The notes below the pieces were generated by a model. That model searched no databases, was not told the DNA's origin, and worked only from the letters and a program-made list of their open reading frames with translations. Shown piece after piece: positions 27,530-39,763 of a stretch of 64,000 bases of DNA (position 1 is its first letter; every line of letters begins with the position of its first letter). Made by a program: the position numbers and the translations under genes. This stretch comes from Iphione sp. A-MEVVRFRX5 (lineage: Eukaryota). The stretch is from positions 109,430,001 to 109,494,000 of the forward strand of contig OZ320315.1 in assembly GCA_976226885.1 (NCBI GenBank), given 5' to 3'.

Positions 27530-27900
27530 TAGACATAGCTTTACATAATTATGGTGAAATAGTAGCAAACTATAAAAACAACTATAAATATGCATTCTTC
27601 TACCTACGTATCAGACTGTCTTCTGCCATACCTTTCAGCCCAGATTTGAAACATAAAAGAGCCAAAGAAGACCTGTTTACCTTGAAGACTGTTACTACAA
27701 AGTGCTTAATATTGAAAACTGTTTCATACTTATATGGCCTTATCTAGAATAACTGTCCTAAAGGTTTAACCAGTGACCATCATATGTAGCCATCGTAAAG
27801 GACCACTGTGCATCATCATCATATGGCTATGTAACTTCATGGGTGGCTAAACATAAATATTTCTGAAACTTGTAGTCCTGTCTAACTATGTTAAACTTAT
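27530..27900 (+). pseudogene. Orphan ACOT exon-6 relic with flanking intron (fragment of a fifth copy or an inverted duplication)
   Basis: From about 27631, ctttcag|CCCAGATTTGAAACATAAAAGAGCCAAAGAAGACCTGTTTACCTTGAAGACTGTTACTACAAAG matches exon 6 of copy 2 (29729-29636, opposite strand) with a 1-nt deletion and a lost GT donor. Both flanking introns also align. Confidence 0.8.
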
Positions 27901-28714
27901 AGTTTCTCTCACCTTCATCACCTTAAGAGCTTGTAATTAATAATTAATGTCATGAAAGGATAAATTCATATGTATTTAATTTTTGAACGAATCTGTACAA
28001 TTTGATAATAACCCTATAAGCACAGTGAATACTGATTTCCTCAGAACCTGTGGCTAATACATCCCAGCACCAGAACCCAGACAGTCTGACACAAGTGTCA
28101 ACTTTTTCATGTTGTATTATAGTTAATATATCCTAGTAGCAGAGGCTACACACAAGTTTCATGCTGTATAATATGAATTTTGAAATATAAAGATTCAAAT
28201 GTTATTGGTTACTGACATTTGTAATTACAGTTGAACCTCTTTCTCTAGAAAACTTCTACAAGAAATGTATCTCTCTAATCAGGTTTATCAAAAATTCAGT
28301 TTTGGGTTAATTGATTTGTTTATTCATCCATGTACCACATACATGGAGCTTATCATGGTCAAAGAGTTTGAACAAGTAATCAAGCAACAGAATAACTACG
28401 TAATATGGAGTAGATTTACAATAAGCCTATTAGCTTTGAAATAAGTACAGCGATCGTACAGAAACAAACAGTGGCTTTGCAGCCAGTACAGTGTAGAATA
28501 CTATCAGACACCAGGCAAACAGTTATGGGTCATTTTGCACACCAGATAGTGGAGTTGTTTTTAGTCAGGAGTCAGTTGGAGTCTATTTGTGAGGCATTTC
28601 TCCTTGTTAATGTTATAGCTCATCTATATATAAGAAAAAATGAAAGTCTGAAGTTGAGTATAATGTCTCCTTCTCCATTTTGTTTATTGAACGTTTCCAG
28701 TAATCCAATTTTTG

Positions 28715-31700
28715 TTAAAGTTTAGCACTTTTGACTCTGAGTCTGCTATTAAAGAAGTTCAGCACCTTGAACCAAGCATCTTCTTGTGCATATGCATGAA
28801 GGACATCTTCTCCACCATAATAAATCATTTTTCCTGAAAAGAAAGACATTTGCTTAAACTGAAATGCCAAGATCTTGCTTAGCTGGAGATAATAAATCAT
28901 CTTAAGGAGGTATGCAGGAAATTAGACATATTACATTTTGCCACTGTTAAATTACTTGAATAATTCTTTCACATACTGGTTTGGTATACATTTTCTTTAC
29001 TAAAGTACAAACATCTAGTAAATTTATTGAGTTGTTTTACCTAACTCTTTATCATAAAACACTTTGCTTGGTGGAGTATAGGGTCCTTCAATAAGATGAC
29101 CAGCGCCTTGATAGACATGAAGCTGTGCATTTTTCTGGCCATGATTCCAAAGCCTTTGCATTAATTGTGGACCATTATCTGGCATTATAAGTTCATCATC
29201 TCCACCATGAATGAGAAGAAACTCAGCACAACTGCTCTTTTCCATCTGAAACCAGAAAATTCACAAATTCTCGTCAGTCATAAGAAGATTCAAACACCAA
29301 GACCTATACAATTTGCACATCAACACTTTCCTAATTTGTCTATCTTTTTTTTAAAATCACAGTACAGGCATTAGATGTAGTCAACTACACTTTGCTATGC
29401 ACTGGCTGCTTGCTTGGTCATACTGACTACCTTCCCATGTCTCCTCCACAACAAGGAATCTGTAAATTCTGTTCTAAATTATATGCAGGTCTACCAGTTT
29501 GTAAAAATAATTATGTTTAGCCACCCATGAAGTTACACAGCAATATGATGATAATGTACAGTGGTTCTATGTGATGGCTATGTATTATGGCCACGGGTTA
29601 AAGATTTAGCACAGCTATTCCAGATAAGGACATACCGGTATGAAACAGTTTTCAATATTTGGAACTTTGTAGTAACAGTCCTTTAAGATAAACAGGTCGT
29701 CTTTAGTTCTCATATATTTCAAATCTGGGCTGAAAAATACAGTGGAAGACAAATACAGTGGAATCCTATGACATAGGGTCTGATACTTAGGTAAATGAGT
29801 GTACAATATGTTCATAGCTGTTACAGTTACAGTTTTGGGTATTGAGGACCCAGGTCTTTGCCACTGAGGTAGGCCAAAACTATGTTCATAGTTGTTTTTA
29901 TGGTTTACTAATATATTACTGTACATAAAGCTATGTCAAGTATGTGCACAAATATAAAATGTTTTATCTAGATAACAGAATGGATAGATTGGTATGGATA
30001 GATTAAAGCAATAGACAAAGAGACGAGACAGTGTTCACATTATAATTCAAGCATGACAAAAACATATCATTTCCCTTGGTTTACCAGTGTGTTTGTCCGA
30101 AATATAGTTTGTCAGTATATAGTGGTCTTATTGTGCAATAGGTTATACTAATAATTATAGAAACTTCACTGTAATTATATGTAACAATAAATAATAAAGA
30201 TAGTGTATAATCTTTCTGCCATACCTCTGTACCATTCAGCTTGCTCTATAAGGAAGGTGTTGACCTACTTCTAACAATGTTCTATTTAGCATGATTATGC
30301 TCTAATGAAAATATTTACATTATACAGGGTATATTTACTCCTTTGTAGCTTAGTGGGATGGCGCAACTGTAGAATGTGCTGTTTATTGAGACGACTGCCT
30401 TCACCTGATACACGGAATGAAAAATCAGATTTTATAATCCCATCATAACATTTAAACTTGAAAGAGTAATAATATATTATAGCTAAAGATGTTTGGGAGT
30501 AGGTTGTATACTAGGCTAAACCTTTAGTTGACAAATGGATTAATGTAGTTGTTTTTAACCACTATACACTGTATATGCCTTTGAAGCTATGTCAGATGTA
30601 CATCACTAGATCCTTTTAATGTTATTTGATATGGATAATATTCAAGTACTAAAAATGAATTTTTTTTGCCACGTTTCAGCTGAAGTACTAAAAATGAATT
30701 ACATCCTTATTTACATTGACTCAGGTGACAACATCGGTCAGATATATCACTTTGTTTTGTCATTTTGCCTTACAAACATACAATTAGCAGGACAAAATGT
30801 CCTTTGCTACAAACAGTACATTCCGTTTCAATGAAGTCCTTGATGGTGGAATTCTAGAGAGTAAAAGAAGTGGGAGGATCCAGATGAGAAAGGAAAAGAT
30901 TTTGGAGGGAGTCAAGAAAAAAGAAGGAAAGGAAGGGGAAAAAAGGATCCCAAAGTAACAACTTAAATGGCAATCTAGCTGTGTTCTGTAGTAAAATTCA
31001 ATTAAAATCACTTGAATAGTTTCTGAAAATATTGGCAGCTACACTTCAGAGGGGGAAATACACATCTAAGGTTGAATACAGTTTGAGAGGAAACCAATAT
31101 TAACTAAAACTAAATGTTATAACCCTTAAGTTTTGGATGCCATAATGCATTTTTGAAATTAATTTCAAACATATGGTCATGAAATATGATCTGAAACAAA
31201 GGCCATCGGCATTATCTTCTACCTAACTGGCATCCTATCATTCCTTGTTTGCTAATCAATCACTGTAGGCCCTATTCCAATACAATATAATCCAATTTCC
31301 AATATGGTAACTCTCTTTGCGGATGATACGCTGATACAAATAGCATCTAAGTCCATAGAGGAATTAAATTGCAAAACACAAACTGTGTGTGATGAATTAT
31401 CCAGTTGGTGTCTAGAGAATAAGTTGATTTTAAATCCTAAGAAAAGCAATATTATGACAGTATTTCCTGGTAGGATATGTACAGAGGGTCTGAGAAGTAA
31501 GATCTTTCTTGCGGGAGACTTAGTCCAATATGTTGACTGCTATAAGTATTTAGGTGTGTTATTTGATAATCATCTAAAATTTGACATGGAACTAAATAAA
31601 GTAACCACTCAGGTAAAGAAAAAACTCTTTGTGTTGAACAAAGTTAGAGGTATTTTACGGCCCAGAGATTTTCTGTTACTATACAAAACTTGCCTAAGAC

Positions 31701-34700
31701 CACATATTGACTATTCAATAGTTTTTCTAACATGTAATACAAAGAAAAAACTAGATATCCTTCAAAGAATACAAAATAGGGTGCTTATGTTGGTATACAA
31801 TATTGACAATAAGTACAATCAAGGTGACCGTGTGGGTCCAGTGTGGTTACAGTACCTTCATAATACATATAATATTATGAGTATAAGGAGAAGAATGGAC
31901 TTATTTACAGTATCTCTAATCTATAAAATGGTGAGTTTAAATATTGTTCCCTTAGTGGGAGATACTTGCTTGCATCATCAGGATGAACTTTGTGTTAAAC
32001 TCTGTACTCTGAGCTTGTGAAAAATTCCTTAATTTACAATAGGTATATGATATGGAACAACCTTAATGAGCTTTATAAAAATAGTGTATCCTGTAAGGAT
32101 TTAATGAGAGCCTACTCTATGATATCTCTTACCAACCATGACTACTGATGTACTTTACCCTTATTGGAAAGAGTATTGTTGATTACAATGTACATTCAGC
32201 TGCAGATTACATAAGCTGGTATGTATTTCTGCACAATGAAAAACGCCTTTATGAGGCGACTTGTTGGAAATAAAATTATATCTTATCTTATCTTATCTTA
32301 TCTTATTTACACCTGCCATTTCTGTACATAAGCCTATTCTACAGTTAAGATAAGATAAGATAAGATAAGATAAGAAGAATTTATTAACCATCCAACAGCT
32401 CGCCTCTTTGAGGCGTTTTTACAGGTATGGATGTACATCTTGTCAATGTTGTAGTAATATTGGACAATGCAACTGATTAGATCAATAAAGAATTAAATAG
32501 ATAATTAAAAGAAAGAAATTGAAAAGAAAATCAACTAAATTCTAACATAGACTGCTCATTTCACACAAGTCATAGCTATGCTGAGGAATAATATTATCAA
32601 GTAATGATATATAGGGTTAGTTAGTATTATGTTAGTAACAATTAGGTAGTTAGGCTAATGGGATTAAAATTTAGACAGCATTTTGAAGGTCTCCATATCA
32701 TCTGCTGCTCTAATGAAAGGATCTAGTTCAAACAAATGCGTCAGTCACTCACCTTATCTGTGATTGTACTGATGTGTAAAGCTATCTCAGCTCCCTTTGA
32801 CAAACCTATAATACCAAGCTGGTCTTTAATAACACTGGGATGCTCATTTAACCAATCAACAGCCTCCTAGATACAAATACACAATATCATCAGTACACAC
32901 AACTAAACAAGAGAAGAATCATAATAGGTACATTCCATATAAATAATTATTTACTTAGCATATTTCTTTTCATTAATCTTTTTTCATTCATGAATTCTTA
33001 AAAGTATATTAAGCTTAGAATAATCTATGTAGTTTTCCAGAAAGATTTCATATGGGTAAATGTATATACTGAAGCATTGTATAATGATAATGTAGCATAT
33101 AAATAATCCAATGTGTTCAGTGTTGCTTAGCAATATAATGGCAGTGCTGCTAACTGGTACTAATTCATCATTTAAGTGGTAAACTGACAAGAGTGCTGCC
33201 TGTAAGGTAACAGACCGAGGGCAACTGATATTACATTAATTGTTTTGTTACTTGTCAAGCTACTGTTAAAATCCCACTCTAGGCAAGTAGTGACAATACA
33301 GATGTAAAATATTTCATTTCTTTTTTTTAATTACCAACTATCTGTGTATTGTAATAAACAAATGCTGTCTGTCTGCATTTTCAGGTGATAATGAAGATAA
33401 TTTGCAAACATTTGAAAATAATATACCAATATTTATGGAGGCAAAAAATTACTACCGATGAAATTTTAATTGGTGAATTTTCAAATGTTTAAATGTGGCC
33501 TTTCAGCAGTATTATATTTTTGGACAAAACGACTTCAGAATATGATGATTAATGAGCATTATGAAGTTTAGATTAAATGGCCTTAAAAATAGCTTATGAC
33601 AAGACTCTTCCAGCTTTTATAAAGTCTTGCTGAACCCCTTTGAAATATATTCCCCTGCTACGTTACTTCCAGTTAGATTTTGATACAGGACCACCAAAGA
33701 AAGAAACATTACCTCAAAATACTCAAGGTCGATAACTGAACCTTTCTTTGGTAGATCTTTATAGTTGAAGTATGCTAAAGCAAAGCTGACAAATCCTCTG
33801 GAGGCTAACATAGCTGCACGAGTTTCCCGGAGACCACCAGTTGAACCATAAAGATCAATAATTCCTGGAAACCGTTGACCCTGTGACCCTAGAACAACAA
33901 AAGTTACATTTCAAAGGTCACACCTGATGAATAATTATTGAAATACTGGCCACAGGAAAATTTAGGTTAATGATCACTGAGCTAGTCATCTGCTCCTTCA
34001 TGGATTCAAAATCACATATCAGTCTTTAGGTGTATGTTTCATCTTCTGTCTTCTACTATCTATCCATGACATCAACCATCAGTCAAATCAAATAATGCAT
34101 TTTACTTTATGCGATATATTTATCAATTCTACAAAGACACCAATAGCATTTATGAGAACCCACAGAACTAGCAGTTTCCTACGTTAGTTTAGCTTTAAAG
34201 GTCTCATTTTCAAAAAGCATACACACATACTAAACAGACACATGGGAAAAAACCATTTGTATGTGTAAAGGTGTGAAACATTCATGGCCCTTCTATTAAT
34301 GCCTATTTTCAAGATATATTCTGATTATTAATATAGAAGTCAACTTTTATTAGTAAGAGCAATAACAGTAATACCTCTTGGTACAAAAAGTGTCCCTCTA
34401 ACTCTTCCCACTTCTATAGGTACTCTCATTACATGCTGCCCCATGTAACGTCTTGTGATATTAGCCTGTGCAAGTGATGCATCCATTGCAGAATGTGTTG
34501 GATTGATGTGATCTTCTAAAACTGACACTGACATCATGAAAGGAGTGGTGACATCACGTTTAGCAAATCTAGCTGTGATATCATCAGTAACAGCACTCCA
34601 GAAGAGACCCATAGGATCTACACCTTCAAATAGTAAGGAAAAAAAAACTGAATATAATCAATTTTGGACCGATTTACCAGTGCAGTTTCTAAGTTGAGTT

Positions 34701-35028
34701 AATAGCAGTAGACATTGTTTGTGATGGTGACAGGGAATCTCAATATGAAACCATACATTGAGTGAAAAATGTAATTACTATGGCTAGTTAAATAGATACA
34801 TTTACCTTTGTAAGAACCACCAACTGAGGTAGTTTCACATAGATCTAGAATACCATCTATAGATGCAAAATAATGTGCATGTGATGTCCATTGGTGTTTT
34901 GACTCATATAAACATGTTGCTAGAGTGACAGGCTGGTTAGGGTTGAGACCTGTCACTTTTATTGTGATCTTGTCATCAATCAAACAATCAGTTGGAGAAA
35001 CTGATAAAGTTGGTCTATGGGTAGACAT
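28715..35028 (-). CDS. Acyl-CoA thioesterase / BAAT-like protein, copy 2 (C-terminal AKL), intact, 421 aa
   Basis: Minus-strand exons 35028-34806, 34623-34375, 33888-33713, 32866-32753, 30404-30319, 29729-29636, 29245-29041, 28833-28715. All introns are GT-AG with the same phases as copy 1, 1266 nt open. GLSKG / GGDD / GAGH triad present; ends ...KSAKL*. Confidence 0.93.
31270..32305 (+). mobile_element. 5'-truncated CR1/L2-type LINE in copy-2 intron 4 (antisense to the gene)
   Basis: ORF 31304-32020 with TLFADDT, YKYLGV, LRPHIDY, LQRIQNR; 3' stem-loop CGCCT-TTATG-AGGCG (32244-32258), AATAAA and a (TCTTA)n tail at 32281-32305. Confidence 0.88.
32346..32420 (-). mobile_element. 3' end of a related LINE/SINE in opposite orientation
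   Basis: Reverse complement reads AAAAACGCCTC-AAA-GAGGCG..TTGG..AATAAA..(TCTTA)n, the same 3' architecture as the element ending at 32305. Confidence 0.7.
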
Positions 35029-36604
35029 TCTTGCAACTAGGCTCGAGTTTGCTAGGCTGGAGCCTTGCTGAAAAAGAACAAATAGCAGCAATCAATTGAC
35101 CACATCTTGTCAAAACCTCATATTATTTTCTTTCACATGTAGCCTGTAGTAGTCAATACCACTAGATTACACTTAGATATAAAAACATTTCATAGCTGGT
35201 ATTAAGAGCAGGCATAATCCTGTTCCCATACATTTGTATTAACAATAAATTTAAAAACTTGCCATATCAGCATTTTAGAGAGCACAGCCTAGACACTGAC
35301 TTCTATAGGAGATTTGGGTAGATACACAAATAATCCCAAAGTCTCCGATATCAAATATAGGCTATGGTATATGCTAGTTACCACACTGACCACTAAACTA
35401 ACCTGTTTTTTTATTAGAAAGCTTGGCCATTGCTTTGGAAAACAAAAATATATCTATAGCCTTAAAATCCTTAAAAGAAATTTACACATTACAGTCAGGT
35501 TAATTTTAGGTCTAATCATCATGAATCAACATTCAAAATAACTGTAGATAAAGCGACATTGAAAGGCAACTTCTCTTTTAGCTCTAGCCAATCTGATACA
35601 GTCGAATGCTGTCTTGTGACCATCGCTCTGTTCAGGGCCAAAGTAGTCGCATTAGCAAAATTGACCGAAAATCCACCGAAGATCTTATACCTTTGTATGT
35701 TTTTCTTTCCAAGCTTATATTGTCATATTGATGGTTTGGGTCATTAAATGATATGGTTGCAATGCAGCATTTGACTGTAATTTATCCCATTCCGGCTCCT
35801 TAAGTATGAACTACATTGCACCTACACCTTTTTCTCTTACCAATGGAGGTGAACATGGTAAAACAACAACAAGAACTATATGCTATCAAGAGAAAACAAC
35901 TTCCAGCCACAATCCTTCTGACCATAGTGATGAATATACATATAAAGAAAGAAGTAGGACACTTATAACTACTAACCTGTTAAGCTAATAATAAGTCAAT
36001 AAGGACCATTCTACAATCTCTACCTGATAAACAGTGTAGACACTTCAGACAGATTATCTGTTGATGCACAAAATAAATCAGTTCCAAAGTCTGACCAGTT
36101 GGTTGCTGCCATATGTAATTAGCTTACTCAAGTGAATTATGTGTTGGTCACAGCAAAAATTTGAACTTGTAAAGCAGTAGTGTTTTGTCCTTAAATTTAT
36201 GAACAAATTCAAGATCAAGTCATATCTTATACACAATATACTCCATTTATGTATTGGTGGAATGTTTTTGTCTATGCAATTTTAAACTATACAAAACATA
36301 CAAAGAAAAGTTGAAGAAAATATATGAATAGAGATATCACTCTTGTTCTATATTGCTGCCTACTTGCTCATTTATCTCATAAACTGAAAAAACCATCGTT
36401 ATAAGAGATTTTTGAAAATAAAATTTTTGCTGTTATTATTACCTACCTTGGGAGTTAGACCAATAATTTCATGCCATGTCTTTAAAATATTGCATCATGT
36501 TTTGATCAATAGCTTTTGAAACATTTAAAAAGGAAATTAGAAATCTTATGTAGATGAACACATCACCTCAACACTGCAAGTTTTTATTTAATTAGCTTTT
36601 AATT

Positions 36605-36642
36605 GAACCCAACATTTCAACAAAGTGTCTTCATCAAGGATA
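36605..36642 (-). ncRNA. Degenerate PLE-type hammerhead motif (pLTR relic)
   Basis: Minus strand reads TCC-TTGATGA-AGAC-ACTTT-GTT-GAAA-TGTT-GGG followed by AATAAA. The core is mutated (C3>U, cleavage triplet GUU), so it is probably inactive. Confidence 0.4.
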
Positions 36643-36785
36643 AATACTCAGCAACATTTATGTCAAAATTTATGCCAAAGTGTGATTTTCGATCCCTAAG
36701 GGCAACTGCCATAGAGGTCAATGGTCTAAGATTGGAAGATGTAAAGGAACATTTTATGAAATATTCTTATTAAATCTCTGAAATA

Positions 36786-37188
36786 TAGTCAATACTCAAA
36801 AACCAAACGATCGCCATTTCAGGTTATTTTGTTCGGATTTCGGAAAATTCAGATTTTGAATTAGTCCTAAAATCATCAAATCTGAGCCAAATTTTTCCTA
36901 AAATCAGTAAAACTAAGCCAAATTTGTCCGAAAATCAGCAAAACTCAGCCAAATTCATCTAAATTTTGACAAAAACCAGCCAAGTTTATCTGAAAATCAG
37001 CAAAAACCAGCCAAATTCATCTGAAATTTGGCAAAAACCAGCCAAATTTAGCAAAACCTGTTTGAATTTCAAATAGAAACATTTGTTTATATGAGTATTT
37101 TAACAGAGGAAAACAATTGGTACTGGTTAAATATGTTTGGATTTGGGGAAATTCAGTTTTGGAGTGTTCGGTTTTGGAGTATCCTCTA
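36786..37188 (-). mobile_element. Tc1/mariner(pogo)-like MITE with internal degenerate 22-bp repeats
   Basis: Flanked by TA; reverse-complement homolog of 42681-43080; internal AAATCAGCAAAAACCAGCCAAATT-like repeats. Confidence 0.65.
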
Positions 37189-38110
37189 TATATTATCAAA
37201 TCTAATTGAGGTCCTTGATGTATTTGGAAAACATTACCTATAATGAAGGTTTCATACCCAAAAAAACTGACCATTCTCTAGAATTTCTAGAATATTATCA
37301 CAAGAAATGTCTAGTATATTTATAACCTGAAATTGCATTAGCTTCTGTCACTGTATTACATATATAAATATATATATAGGTGGAGGACTAGATGTCATTC
37401 TGGCCTACTTGTTAACCTCAGTAAGATGATTTCCATTTCTCATAGAACAGAGATCAAATTTATACTGCCGTTAACTTACCTTCACTTGAGTGAGCACATT
37501 AGATTAAGCATTAACAGACTGCTTAGATATTTCAACTGATTCACAAAGTATGTCAATGAATAATCTATGTTGACTGAAGTGCATGCGTTGTTTATCAGCT
37601 ACAGATTTAGAAATGCTACTTATTGACTCAATGGATAGGTCAGTTGTAACTACAGTCTTACTGCTCTATATATGTGTATTTACAGCAAGTATTGGTGGGC
37701 TCCTGACTGGCAACCCTTTCTCTTCACAACATATAGATATTGTCATTGATGTAACATATTCAGCAACACTGGTAAGAGAAAAAGGAGTAGGTGTAATATA
37801 CTTTATATTTAAGTAGCTTGAATGGGTGGAAATATCAGGGCAAGGGCTAACTGGAGAAATTGGCTTCGGTATGTATATTGGATATATCTCTAATAGATTA
37901 TCACATCTGCTTTAAATGTTGACCCATGATGGTCAGACCTAAAATAAGTCTCAGCAAAATCTATGAGTGTCCTGAGAGGTTCATGACAATAGAAATTGTT
38001 TCTACAGATTTGGCAAAGGTCACTCATAGGGAAATAGTTTAGTAATTAGGTATGGTATGTTAGATGTACTATATCTTAATATCGGAAATTATGTGTCAAT
38101 GATTCATACT

Positions 38111-39434
38111 TGAAACAGAGGCACTAAGGAGGCTATTTTCACAGTGCTACACAAGTTATATGAAAACTTAAATAACAAAACTCATAGTGTCATCATTTTT
38201 GTTGACTTGAAAAAAGCCTTCGACAGTGTCTCCCACAAGTTGCTACTGATAAAACTAAAACACTACTTCAACTTTTCTGATGCAGCTTTAAATTGGTTTA
38301 CGGACTTTCTCTCAAACCGCACCCAATATTGCTCTGCTAATGACCATAACTCAGGCAAACTTGATGTTCAGCATGGTGTTCCGCAGGGATCTACATTAGG
38401 TCCACTGTTGTTTTCACTATTCATCAATGACCTTCCATTTGTTATAAAAGAAAAAGTTACCCTTTTCGCAGATGACACTTTAATTATGGTCTCTGATCAT
38501 AACATCTCCAATTTGATTACTAAGGTCTATCAAGTATGCAGTAAGCTGGAAGAATGGTGTCTTACCAACAAACTCCTACTAAACGTCAATAAAACGAAGA
38601 TCATGCCAATCCTGTATAATGCTGAACTACCACATAATGTCAGCTTTGCGGTCAACAGTTGTAAAGTGGAGATTGTGAACCACTATAAATACCTTGGTAT
38701 TTGGTTTGATGAAGGGTTGAAATTCAAAAAGGAACTTGAATCAGTTCACACTAGGGTCTCAAGCAAAATCTCTGTCCTAAACAAAATCAAGAACTATCTC
38801 ACAAATAATGATCTATTGACTCTCTACAAAAGTTACATCCTTCCACACGTTGATTATCCAACTGTGTTTCTAAATTGTAACACTGCACATGATCTGAAAA
38901 GACTTCAACGCCTTCAGAACAGAGCCCTAGCTATTATTGATTCTCAGAACAGAAATAATCACACTGTGCCTGAAGGGGTCTCTCTTACTCAAAACCTACA
39001 TCTGAAGTACAGTCTCATGAGCACATTCGGCAGGAGGGACTATTTTGCCCTTTGTCTAATTCACAATCTGATAGTACTTGGTTTCATTGAGGAATGCAAA
39101 GCTCTACCTGTCACTAGGCATAATTCTGGTAAATCAATTGTAGTACCAATTCCTAAGTCCAATCATATCAAAAAATCGATATACTATGCTGTTACCAAAC
39201 AATGGAATGATCTAGATGTTCTTTATAGAGAAATGAACAGTACGGTTGAATTCAAAATACATGCAAAATTCCTATGTCTGAAGAATCACTTGTACTAAAT
39301 TTATTGTTAGTATATTATGAGCAAATTACTTAAATCACTCTGACTGTATATTTCCACAGTGTGAAAAATGCCCTTCTGAGGGCGACATCTTGGAAATAAA
39401 ATATCTTATTATTATTATTATTATTATTATTATT
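38111..39434 (+). mobile_element. 5'-truncated CR1/L2-type LINE with a 384-aa open RT, upstream of copy 3
   Basis: ORF 38144-39298: FVDLKKAFDSV, GVPQGSTLGPLLF, LFADDT, YKYLG, W(N)DL. 3' stem-loop GCCCT-TCTG-AGGGC, AATAAA and an (ATT)n tail. Its flanks rejoin to match copy-1 upstream sequence around 2270-2310. Confidence 0.9.
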
Positions 39435-39763
39435 CCTTTACTATACACCACTTACTCTCTAGATTATGTACGTGCATTCTCAAATACTGGTGCCTTTGCT
39501 AAAGCTTTACATATCATTTATTACTGACACAGATCTCTAAAAAAAAAGGAAGATAACTGCTACAAATCCCAGATATTAAACCTTTTGGATCATCATTTAG
39601 TCTAGTAGTACTTTATCTAATTCAGGTTATATCTGAAAGAATATTATATGAGCATTTATCAATGTTTGTTTTGGACTAGAAGAAATAGAAAAGTTGGTTA
39701 CTTCTTGGTGCTATTCTTGTTTTTACAGCAGGGCGCTTCAGAAAGGCAAGTCTTGATACAAGA

